In this document: piece by piece, positions 24,148-35,177 of the stretch
How the letters are laid out: each line of letters opens with the position of its first letter
Numbering within the stretch: position 1 is the stretch's first letter
Source: Rhynchobatus australiae
Lineage: Eukaryota
Assembly (NCBI GenBank): GCA_034780895.1
Contig: JAUZTB010003499.1
Coordinates: 62,001 to 126,000, forward strand
Reading direction: 5' to 3'
Length of the DNA: 64,000 nt
Notes under the pieces: generated by a model
What the model was told of the DNA's origin: nothing
The model's database searches: none
Seen by the model: the letters and a program-made list of their open reading frames with translations, nothing else
Program-made: the position numbers and the translations under genes

Positions 24148-24502
24148 AACTAAAAAGATTAAAAAATTTAACTTTTTTTAAGTACAAAGGCAAAAACTAA
24201 TTAATCAAAAAAAATAAAAAGATTGGCCTTTAAAGCCATTTTTTTAAATTTTTAACGCCATTTTTTTAAAAAAGCAAAAGCAAAGCAAACTTAATTGAAA
24301 AAAAGCTTTTTGAAAAATTTTAAAAACTAAAAAATAAAGATTTATTTTTTAATTTAAAGCAAAAATACTATAAATATTTAACTAAAAAAGTAAGCAAATA
24401 AAGATAAATAAATAAAAAAATGATCCTCATGAAAAACTGATGAAAAAAAATAAATTAAAGACAATTTTAAGCCTCAAGCAAGCTAATAACGTAAGATTAA
24501 AG

Positions 24503-24524
24503 CAATGGGCTTTTTAGCCCATTG
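24503..24524 (+). promoter_or_regulatory. Stable hairpin just upstream of the PQ-loop gene RBS
   Basis: caatgggct-tttt-agcccattg, followed by GAGGAG. Confidence 0.5.
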
Positions 24525-24539
24525 ACTAAATGAGGAGAA

Positions 24540-25313
24540 ATGTTGAAACTTCTAAATGAAACTGTAGCAACTGATTCAATTAAAAATACGCATTTTGCAA
24601 TCGGAATTATTATTGCCATTCTTTTGATTGTTTACAATGTGCCACAAACGATTAGAACAGCTCGTTTGAAAAGCATTCAAGGCATTAACTTTTATTCTTT
24701 TTGATCTTTATTAATCGGTTCTTTTTTATGATGTTTAGTTTTTGCCACGGGAACACCCAGAGTCGAAACCGCTTTAATTATTGCCTTTTCTGGTAATACA
24801 ACGGCAGCACTTTTACTAACTGTGAATATCATCTTGTTTTATCAGTTTAATTCAGACTTAAAACTGTCAAAAAAAAGAGCGGGGCAATTAGGCATTATCA
24901 GCGTCTTAATAATTTTTATTATCATGGCCTCAATTTCGCAAAGTGGTTTAATTTTTGCTAATTCAAACGCTGCAACTTACACTTTAGTTATTTCTATTAT
25001 TGCCGGACTAAACACTTCCTTTTCTTTTTTGCCACAAATTATTTTCCTAATTCGCAGCAAAATTACTAAAGGAATTTCTTTACAATTAGTTTTTGGTTTT
25101 GCACTCATTAACTTTGTGATTATGCTCTTATGAGTAATTGATTATCAATACGGCGTGACGCCAACGAAACTAGAAAATAAAATTGCTTACATTGTTTTAA
25201 ATCTTTCAGGAGCAATTGTCAACTTAGTGCAGTTCATTTTTATTTTTATTTACCGTTTACAAAAAAGCGAAATCAAATGAATTGCTAAAGTTTTAGCCCT
25301 ACAAAAAAAATAA
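24540..25313 (+). CDS. PQ-loop repeat (SWEET/cystinosin-like) membrane transporter
   Basis: Two PQ motifs (YNVPQTIRTARLKSIQGI; SFLPQIIFLIRSKITKGIS); hydrophobic helices; GAGGAG RBS. Confidence 0.8.
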
Positions 25314-25498
25314 TTTTAAATTTTTTTTGCCTTTTCAAAAACGTTGCCTTTTAAAGTTATAAGGAAACGTTTTTTCCTTATTAATTAAAAAAGGCCATTT
25401 TTTTAGTTTTAAAAAGTGGCTAAACTCTTATATAATAGCGTTTGTACTTAATTTTAAAAATAAGCAAATTTGTTTAGTTAAGTTTTTTAAGGGAATAG

Positions 25499-26482
25499 AT
25501 GCGATATCAAAGTATTTTAACGATTAATGAAACGCAATGTGCGATCGGACTAATTAAAAAAATTTTTAGTGAATATTTAACTAAAGCTTTAAATTTAACG
25601 CGCGTTACGGCGCCTCTTTTTTTAGAGCTCAAATCAGGACTGAATGACACTCTCAATGGCGAAAAAGCGGTCAGTGTCAGTTTTAAAAATCATCCTGAAG
25701 CAATAGAAATTATTCACTCTTTAGCTAAATGAAAACGTCACAATTTAAAATTACTCGATTTTCCTCTCTTTAGTGGGCTTTATGGCAACACCAACGCCAT
25801 CCGCCGCGAAGAAACGCTCGATAATACCCACTCTTTTTATGTCGATCAGTGGGACTGAGAAATTAATATTCCTAAGCAAAACCGCACTTTTAATTATTTA
25901 AAATTTATTGTTAATGATATTTACCGACAAATTTTAAGAATGGAATACCGTCTTAAAAGTGAATATCCAGCGCTTTCGATTAAATTGCCCGAAACTTTAG
26001 TTTTTATTGATTCTCAAGAATTGGAAGATCTTTATCCTCATTTAAATGCTAAAGCGCGCGAAGACGCTTTTGCTAAAAAGCATGCGGCTTTTTTTATTAG
26101 TAGAATTGGCTATCCTTTAAAATCAAAAAGGCCTCATTCAGGACGTGCCTTTGATTATGATGATTGAACTTTAAATGGCGATTTAATTTTTTATCATCCA
26201 GTTTTAGATCAAGCTTTGGAAATTTCTTCAATGGGTATTAGAGTAGATAAGGAAGCGCTCTTAGCGCAATCACAAAAAAGTGTGCAGCAACTAAAAAGCC
26301 TCTCTCCTTACCATCGCGCCATTATGGAAGCTAGTTTGCCTTATTCAATAGGCGGCGGCATCGGTCAGAGCCGTCTTTGCATGTTCCTTTTAGAAAAAGC
26401 GCACATTGGCGAAGTGCAATCTTCCTTTTGGTCGCAAGCAGAAAGAGAAAAAGCACAAAAAGCGGGAATTTTTTTGCTTTAA
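25499..26482 (+). CDS. asnA: Aspartate--ammonia ligase
   Basis: [50 protein letters not shown]. Confidence 0.95.
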
Positions 26483-26569
26483 GAGTAAAAGCGGCCAAAA
26501 AGCTATTGAGCAGCATTTTATTTAAAAAATTTTTCTTGAATTAAAAGTTATTATTTATAATATTTTTAT

Positions 26570-26646
26570 GTGCTTATGGCTCAATCGGATAGAGCACCAG
26601 CTTGCGGAGCTGGGGGTTGTGGGTTCGAGTCCCGCTAAGCGCGCCA
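26570..26646 (+). tRNA. tRNA-Arg (GCG)
   Basis: Anticodon arm ccagc-tt GCG ga-gctgg; GGTTCGAGTCC T-arm; encoded CCA. Confidence 0.93.
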
Positions 26647-26724
26647 TTTATGTAATTGTAAGTACAGTTTCTAACTTTCTGGTGCAACTCCAGAAAATTA
26701 CACCGAAAATATGAATGAGTGAAA

Positions 26725-27759
26725 ATGGTAAAAAAAGAAAGTATTGTTCCTTTAAATCGTTTAGTGCCCACACTTATTCTCCTTAGTCTCTTAGTTTTTT
26801 TCGTTTTAGTAAGCGTCTTTTTAAACGGTCAAGCTTCAGCTTTAGCGATTAGTTTACGATCATTAGTTTTAATCATTATTTATTTTTTTATTTTGCTGGC
26901 CCTTTATGAAATTACGAAAACTTTTAATTATAATAAGCTCTTAGTAATTCCTTTAGGTGTATTATTAATAGCTAATAGTTTCTTGCCTTGAGAAAGAACT
27001 CGTTTTTTGATTTTTAATAGTGTTGTTTTGATTCCGGGTTTTCCCCAGCAAATTAATTTATTGTTTCGCAACTTTTGGGTTTATCTTTTATGATTAGGTG
27101 CTATTATCATTACTAGTTTGTTTGTTTTCATTACTAATTACAAAGAAAAGCGTACTAAAAAAGAAAAACTTTTACAAGAAAATAAAAAAAACAAGTTTTT
27201 GTTTTTTAATTACAAACAACAAATTGCTAACTTAGCGCTTTACAATTTTGTTTTTTTATTGTTACTTTTTTTAGCTGCAGGCGCTCCGGCCTTGCTTTTT
27301 AGCCACTTTAGCTTATTTTTATTTTTAGCCTTAATTCCTATCATTGCTGATAGTGCCGCTTTTATAGGAGGCAAACTCCTAGGTGAAAAACTAATTAAGC
27401 AAAAACTAATGCCCCACATTAGTCCTAATAAAACTTTTGAAGGACTTTTTTGTGCCCTTTTTTTTAGCATTCTTTTTATTTTAATTTTCTTTTACACTTT
27501 TAAGTTGGAAAGCTTTTTTGTTATCAGCGCCACTAATAACGATTTGCAATCGATTTCTAAAATAACTTTACCGATTTATCTCATTATAGCTCTTCCTTTT
27601 GCTAGCATTATGGGTGATCTTTTCTTTTCTTGAATTAAAAGAATATTCCAACTTAAAGACTATTCTCATTTTTTAGCTGGTCATGGCGGCGTATTAGACC
27701 GTTTAGATTCAGTTTTATTCGTTAATTTTTTCTTTATTTTGGCACTTAATTTGTATTAA
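26725..27759 (+). CDS. cdsA: Phosphatidate cytidylyltransferase
   Basis: DSAAFIGG, ISPNKTFEG, GDLFFSWIKR..LKDYSHFLAGHGGVLDRLDS. Confidence 0.93.
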
Positions 27760-27815
27760 GTAAAAAAGCTAAATTGTTAAGCCTAGAAAGCCAAGATTAC
27801 TTATAATTTAAAAAT

Positions 27816-30800
27816 ATGAATCCGCAAGTTAAAAATTTATTAAGCAAAATTGGTATTATCGATTTTAAGGCTTATCAAGGCTTAAAAATTAGTGATAATT
27901 ATTTTCATCATAAAATTAATAAACTTTTTTTAGAAATCACCTTAACGCAAAAAATTAGTGCGCAAAAATATTTTTACTTACGTTTAGCACTAAAAAAATT
28001 TTTAGCGCAATACGCCCAATACGAAATTAAATACCGTTTAGTGCCAGAAATTATTAGTCTTAGTTATCTTAATGAGCTCATTAAATACTGAATGCTGCAC
28101 CGTTATCAAAACATAACTTTTGTCAAGCAAATGGCGACAATTGAAATTGCTCTAGTCGAGCAAAAATACCTTTTTAAGTGTATGGAAGACAAAAGCTATC
28201 TTTATTTCAAAGCTTATGAAAACGATTTTGCAACTTTTTTAACAGCTTTAGGAATTCATAATTTTGCTTTTCAAGTAATTAAAATCGATTCGCAACGGAT
28301 TGTTAAAACGTTGCAACAAAAAGACCAAGCTTTTAATCAAATGGCGCAAGCAGTGCAAGCTCAATATTTACAAACTTTAAAAAAAGAAATGACGGAAGAG
28401 AGCCATTTTGCCAAGCAAAACGCTTCTAAATATACAGTTTACAATTTAAAAGCGGTGCACCAAGCGCAAGCGCTTCACATTGAAGTCGAAGGTGAAGTTT
28501 TTAGTGTTGAAAAACGCGAAATTAAAAATGGCAGCTTGCTAATTAAATTTGCCATTACCGATTATCAAGAAGCGCTTGAGTGTCTTTACTTTTTAAAAGA
28601 GCAAGCTAATAAAGAAACGCATCCTCTTTTTAATTTAAAAAACGGCAATAATTTAGTTTTGCGTGGCCTCTTAAAAGATACCCAAAACGGGCACAAGCAG
28701 CTCTACGTTAACGCTTTTAAAATGCTCCAAAAACAAGACAAAACGATTCATGATCAACACTTAAAGCCGCATTTAGAAATGCAGTTTCACACCAAAATGT
28801 CAACTATGGATGGACTCATTGATAATCAGCAACTAATAATAAAAGCGAAACAAAGAGGACACAAATACTTAGGCATTAGTGATACTAACAACGTGCAAAG
28901 TTTTCCTGAAATTTACAACTTAACAAAAAACGAAACCGATTTACAAATTATTTATGGGGCTGAAATTTCTGTTATTTCCGAAAAAAATGGCGTTTTTTTA
29001 AATCAGCAAAGCGATTTAAGCTCTTTAGCTTTTCAAGATTTAAATTATGTCGTTTTTGATTTAGAAACGACTGGGCTAAGTCCCATTACTGATGAAATTA
29101 TTGAATTTGCTGGCGCTTTAGTAGTTAATGGTAAAGTTGTGGCGCGCGAACAATTTTTTATTAATCCGCAACAAAAGCTAGCTAAAACTATTAGCGAATT
29201 AACTAATATTAGCCAAGCTGATGTTGATCAAGGAATGCCTTTAGAAAAAGCTTTATTAAAAATTCAAAGCTTTTTTGCCAATCATTTGTGCGTGGCCCAT
29301 AACGCTCTTTTTGATTGACAATTTTTAGAAGAAAAATTTAGTCGTTATAATTTAGCTTTAAAAAATCTCTTTCTTGATACCCTGGCAATTGAAAGACTTT
29401 TAGATCCTAAATCAAGATCGCACAGTTTGGAAAACTTAGCTTATCGCGCTGGCTATAATTACAACCCTAAAGTAGCCCATCGCGCCGCTTATGATACACA
29501 AATCTTAGTACAAATCTTTTTAAGCTCTTGAGCTAAACTCTTAAAATTAGGCATTAACAACTGAAAAGCGCTGCAAAATTTTACTAGCGATGCTTTTTAT
29601 AGTAAAATTCGTGCCCAAAACTTAACGCTTTATGCTAAAAACCAAAACGGTTTAAAAAAACTTTTTGAAACTATTTCGTTACTTAATACTAAATATTTTT
29701 ACGATGCTCCTAAGTTTCACTTAGAAAAACTTTTTCTAAGTGAAGATTTAGTTTATTTAGGCGGTTATGCCGGTTCGCGTCTTTTCGAAACGCTTTTAAG
29801 TAAATCGCGTCAGCGCTTAGCTCAAGAAATTGCTTTTTATGATGTTATTTCGATTAGTCCTCTCGATAGTTTAAAACACTATTTTTTAAAATACGATAAA
29901 GCCAAAATTATAACCTTATTAAAAGTTTTAATTGAAGAAGCGCGAAAACAAAAAAAACTAATTATCAGCTCGGCCACGCCGCGTTATTTAGAAAAATACG
30001 AAAAAGCGATTCACCAAATTTGTATTGAAGCAACTGGCATTAAAAACGCGCGCCATCATCTTTTTCAATACCGCGTTTCTAATCCGCAATACCCTTCGCA
30101 ACACTATCATCTCAGTGAAGAAATTTATCAAGGACTTAATTTTTTAGCAAAAGAATTGCAAGAAAAAATAGTTCATTATAACCTTTTAGAATTTGTCTCT
30201 CAATTTCAAAAATTAACAATTATTAAGGATCGACTCTTTACGCCGCGTTTAGCTCATTCGGGGCAAAAGCTAAAAAACTTAGTTTATCACAATGCGCATC
30301 GCATTTATGGGCCTGAGCTGCCTTTAATCGTTGCCAAAAGACTCGATGCAGAACTCAAGCCACTACTTAAAAGTGGTTATGATGTTATTTACTGAATTAG
30401 TTCGCAACTAGTCGCTAAGTCTTTAAAAGACGATTTTTTAGTCGGCTCAAGAGGTAGTGTGGGCTCATCTTTAGTAGCTACTATGGCGGGGATTACCGAA
30501 GTTAATCCTTTACCACCACACTATTATTGCTCAAAGTGTCAATACAATGAATTTATTGACTTTCCTGAAAGTCCAAGTGGCTATGATCTTGATGATAAAC
30601 ACTGCCCTAACTGTCAAGCACTTTTAGAAAAAGAAGGACAAAGCATTCCTTTTGCTACCTTTTTAGGTTTTGAAGCGGAAAAAGTGCCCGATATTGATCT
30701 TAACTTTTCCGGACTTTACCAATCACAAATGCACGATTTTGTCAAAACTATTTTTGGTGCTACAAAAACATTTCGTTCTGGCACGATCTCAACTATTGCC

Positions 30801-32123
30801 GCCAAAACCGCTTTTGGTTATGTCAAGGCGCACTACGAAGCGCATCAGCAAAAAATTAGTAACACTTTTATTAGTTTTTTAAGTAATAAATTAGTAGGTA
30901 TTAAAAGAACTACCGGTCAGCATCCTGGAGGCATTATTATTGTTCCTGAAGACTATCAAATTGAAGATTTTACGCCTATTAACTATCCTGCTGATGATCG
31001 CCAAAGTGATTGATTAACAACACATTTCGATTTTCAAGCGCTTCATAATAATCTTTTAAAACTCGACATTTTAGGACACGATGATCCTACCGCTTTACGT
31101 TATTTAGAAAGAATTACTAATTTTAAAGTGAGCCAAATTCCGAAAAAAGACGCTCGCATTATTAGCATTTTTTCAAGCCCCCAAGCTTTAAAAATTAATT
31201 CTGAAGCAATTGGTCAAGAAACTACTGGAGCTTTAGGAATTCCTGAATTTGGCACAAGTTTTGTGCGTAAAATGCTAGCTGAAGTAAAGGTGCAAAAATT
31301 TGCCGATTTAGTTTCGGTATCAGGACTTTCTCATGGCACCGATGTTTGACTCGGTAATGCCGCTAAATTAATTAAAGAAGAAGGCAAAACTTTAAAGGAA
31401 GTAATTTCTTGTCGTGATGATATTATGTTAACTTTAATGCAACAAGGCGTTGATGCCAAATTAGCCTTTACCATCATGGAACAAGTAAGAAAAGGCCAAG
31501 GCCTTTTAAAAACACAAAAGAAAATTTTAAAAGCAGCCGGCGTAAGTCAGTCTTATCTTAAATCAATGGCCAAAATTAAGTATCTTTTCCCTAAAGCCCA
31601 CGCCACCGCTTATGTAATTATGGCCTGAAGAGTAGCTTTTTATAAAGTTTATTTTCCACTCCATTTTTACTCTTCTTATTTCACTACGCGTAAGGAGCGC
31701 TTTAGTTTAGAAACAATGATTAAAGGTCAAAAAGCGATTAATGATTTAATTTATCGTTTAGAAAATGAGGCTCATAATAAAACTTTAAATGCCAAAGATT
31801 TAGAAATTTTAGACACTCTTTATTTAGCGCGCGAAATGCATGCGCGCGGTTTTAAAATTGCCAATATTGATATCAATCAATCTTCCAGTCATGAATGAGT
31901 CGTGCAAGAAGATCAAAACTTACTCTTAGCGCCTTTTAATGCTATTGAAGGACTAGGCATGACTTTAGCAAAAAAAATTGTTAAAGCACGTCAAGCTAAA
32001 GCTTTTTCTTCGGTTGAAGACTTTAAAAAGCGCACTAACATTAATAACACTTTATTAAAAAAACTTTTAGCGATGCGCGTTTTTGATGCTTTAGATTTAA
32101 CTGAACAAGACTCTTTATTTTAG
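27816..32123 (+). CDS. polC: DNA polymerase III PolC-type
   Basis: OB fold, PHP (HTKMSTMDG), exonuclease (FDLETTG, HNA.FD), [35 protein letters not shown]; all pieces in one frame. Confidence 0.97.
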
Positions 32124-32198
32124 TTTTTTAAAAAGGAAAACGCCATTTAAAATTAAAAGCAGCTTCAGGAAAAGGCTAAGTGTTGGTAAAATTTAAAT

Positions 32199-32681
32199 AT
32201 GGCAACTAAAAATTTTCCTTTATTAAAAAGTAATGATTTAATCGCGATTAGTACCGATACTGTAATTGGTTTAGCCGCGCTTTATAATGAAGCTAATTTA
32301 GTAGCTTTAAATCGCTTAAAAAAACGTCCGCCGCAACAAAAAATTGCCATTTTAGTCGCTAATTTTGCAACCTTAAAAAAGTTTTTAAAAAATCCAGAAC
32401 TTTATCACAACTGAGCGCAAAAATATTGACCCGGAGCTTATACTTTAATAACGCAAAATTACGCCTTTAGAATTCCTGATGATCCTTTTTTAGTAGCTTT
32501 TTTAAAACTGAACGGACCGCTTTATGCTACTAGTTGCAATCTCAGTGGCGAGCCGCCACTAAACGATTTTGCGCTAATTAAGAAAAAATTTCCACATTTA
32601 AATTATTATTTAAATTATAGCCAAGGTTCCCAACAAGCTTCAAAAATTTATGATTGGGACAAAAAACGCTGAATTCGTTAA
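32199..32681 (+). CDS. tsaC: Sua5/YrdC (TsaC) threonylcarbamoyl-AMP synthase
   Basis: STDTVIGL, KKRP, YWPGAYTLI, FRIP, ATSCNLSG. Confidence 0.85.
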
Positions 32682-32712
32682 GCTTTAAAGAATGCTTCTG
32701 GAAAGGATAAAA

Positions 32713-34281
32713 ATGCCAGAAAAAGAAAAAGAGCGAATTTTTAACACGCAAGAGTTAAAAAAAATTAATGATCATCGTCCTTACCAACCTTTCCAAACTA
32801 AAAATAATTTAAAAAAGCCAAAAACTACTGAAGAGCAAACAAAAGTTAGTAAAAAGTTGCATTTAGAAACTAAAAAAAGGGAGCCGCAAAGTAAACTTGA
32901 ACTCACTAAAACGCAAACTTTTAAACTCAAAGAAATTATTGATAAAAGCATTTATCGTCCTTTTAAAAATAAAAGACCGCAAACTTTAAAAATTAAGGTA
33001 GGAGCGCAAAAAGCTGATAAAAATATCGTTGTCAGTGGTAATTTTGCGCGCGTCAAACTAAGTGGCGCCATTTTAAAATTTAATAATCTTTACGGCATTA
33101 AAAAAAGACGTTTACAAATTTTAATCGTTAGCGCTTTAGCCATTTTTTTTGGTTTAATGGGTGTTTTCTTTTTACAAAATACTGGTCTTTATGATTATGG
33201 ACTAGCTAGCATTCCCCAAGGCATTGGTCGCTTAGCTTATTATTTATTATTGCGCCATGAAACTAATCATCAAAGCGCTTATTTAGTTTTTAACTTACTC
33301 TTTTGGGGTTTGTATTTTTTAGCCAACATTCCTTTAATTGTTTTTGGTTTTTTTAAAATCGGCAAACGTTTTAGCGAATTAACGACTTATTTTTTATTAG
33401 TGTCTACGCTTTCGGGCTTAGCTTTTGGCTTTATTCCTGGTATTAACAATCTTTTTGTCTTTGCTGATTTAAACGCTAATGCTCATCCTGTTTTAACAGA
33501 GCATTTTATTAAAATTATTTTATGAAATTTCTCTCAAGACGCTACTAATGTTTTTGCTATTTTTATTTACGCTTTTGTTTTTGCCCTTTTTAACGCTTTT
33601 CTTTACGCCATCTTATTAATTATTAACGCTTCAACGGGCGGATTTGACTTTTTAGGCGTTTATTATGCACAAACCCGTTATAAAGATTTTGGTAAAATTT
33701 TAGCTTATATTAACATTTTAACCTTTGTCAGTGCCATTATTATTGGCTCTTACATTCCTACTTCGCTTGCCCTTAAAGACTATTATCAATCTTTTAGTTC
33801 CTTAAACGAAACGGCTTTTATTAATCCTGGCGTTAAGCCTTTTGCCCTTTCGCTACTTTTTTCACCTAATTTTGTTAGTTCTGTAATTATGAATTTAATT
33901 TTTGCTTTTGTTTTAAATGTTTATTTTCCTAAATACAAAATTGCAAAAGTGGAAATTTATAGTTCTAGAGTTGATCAAATCGTTAATGCCTTAGCGACTA
34001 ATCCGCACCCTTTTACAATTAGTATTCATGAACTAATTGGTGGCTACTCGCGCACTAAACAAACGATGATGATTACCACTTGTATGTTTATTGACACGCC
34101 CTATTTACTAAAAATTGTTCGCAGTATTGATAAAACTTGTTTATTTACGGTTAATTTTATTAACCACGTTGATGGCTATATTTTCTTAGCTTCCAATCGT
34201 AACATTGAAAAAGCGTCTTTTTCAAAAAAAGCTAAAACTAAAAAAGCTAAGAAACTAAGCTTTAAGAAAAAACAAAAATAG
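32713..34281 (+). CDS. YitT-family membrane protein with Lys-rich N-terminal extension
   Basis: TGLYDYGL, ANIPL..FGFFKIGKRF, STGGFD, C-terminal IGGYS...IDK soluble domain. Confidence 0.8.
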
Positions 34282-34355
34282 TTTCTTAGTTTTAAAACGT
34301 TAGCTTTTAAAACGTTAAACAAAATTGTCTAGTTTTAAATTAATCAAGCTAATTT

Positions 34356-34670
34356 TTAGTTAATCTTGAGTCGCTCGCAAACGAGACTAATTACCTTTTT
34401 TCCTTGCGAGAGTTCATAAAGTTGTATTGGCAGCACTGTTACTGGCGCTTTTGTTAAAGCTTGAAGCCCTTTTTCATAATAATATTCTTGGGGTCCTAAC
34501 AGAAAAATGTCCCATTCATCGATTGATGCTTTGGCACTATCTATTGAGTGTGCCTCAATTTTAAACTGATGTTGAGGATAAAACTTGTTAGCAGCTTTAT
34601 TCATGTCAAGTTCAAGTAAAGCACTCAACATTAGATCAGAACTGATGAGTAAAATATTGATCATCTTCAC
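34356..34670 (-). CDS. Orphan PTS lactose/cellobiose-type EIIB-like protein lacking the catalytic Cys
   Basis: NILLI..., KIEAHS, DIFLLGPQ, PVTVLP..Y...GKKV match the IIB(Chb) pattern; the CxxGMS loop reads SSDLML. Confidence 0.7.
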   Translation of the reverse strand: MKMINILLISSDLMLSALLELDMNKAANKFYPQHQFKIEAHSIDSAKASIDEWDIFLLGPQEYYYEKGLQALTKAPVTVLPIQLYELSQGKKVISLVCERLKIN

Positions 34671-35050
34671 CTACCTAGTATATAAATTTCCCTTAATTTG
34701 TATGAAAAAAAGCTTTATTTCATAATATCCAAATTATAACACGATAAAAAATTCAATAACTTTCAATATTACTATTGCTAATTATTACTATTGTGAAAAT
34801 AAGATTGCTTTTTTTTATTAATGGCAAAGTTTCTAATAGTAAAGTTTTTTTAAGCATAAAATTTGATTTTAGACGCTTAATAAAGCATTTTATAAATTTT
34901 TAGATAAATTATTCTTTACACAAATTTACTTTATTTTTAAAATTAGTCCAGTTTTTTATAGTCCAAAACATTAAAAATTAATGATTTTATTTTTTAAAAA
35001 TTTTTTAGTCAAAAAACTTAAATATTTTTGTCAATACAAAATTTTAATAA

Positions 35051-35074
35051 ATATATTACTTTTAGGTAATATAT
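35051..35074. promoter_or_regulatory. 9-6-9 inverted repeat upstream of the His-triad lipoprotein
   Basis: ATATATTAC-ttttag-GTAATATAT. Confidence 0.4.
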
Positions 35075-35177
35075 GTTAAAGTTTAAATAGGTTAAAATGG
35101 AAATTAAATTTTTTAAAGCTTAAATTATTCTTAAATTTTAAAAATTTAGTTTCGAAAAATTATTACGAAAGGAAAAT

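Noticed and set aside
26574-26771. Minus-strand 65-aa ORF
   Set aside because: Antisense to tRNA-Arg and the cdsA start
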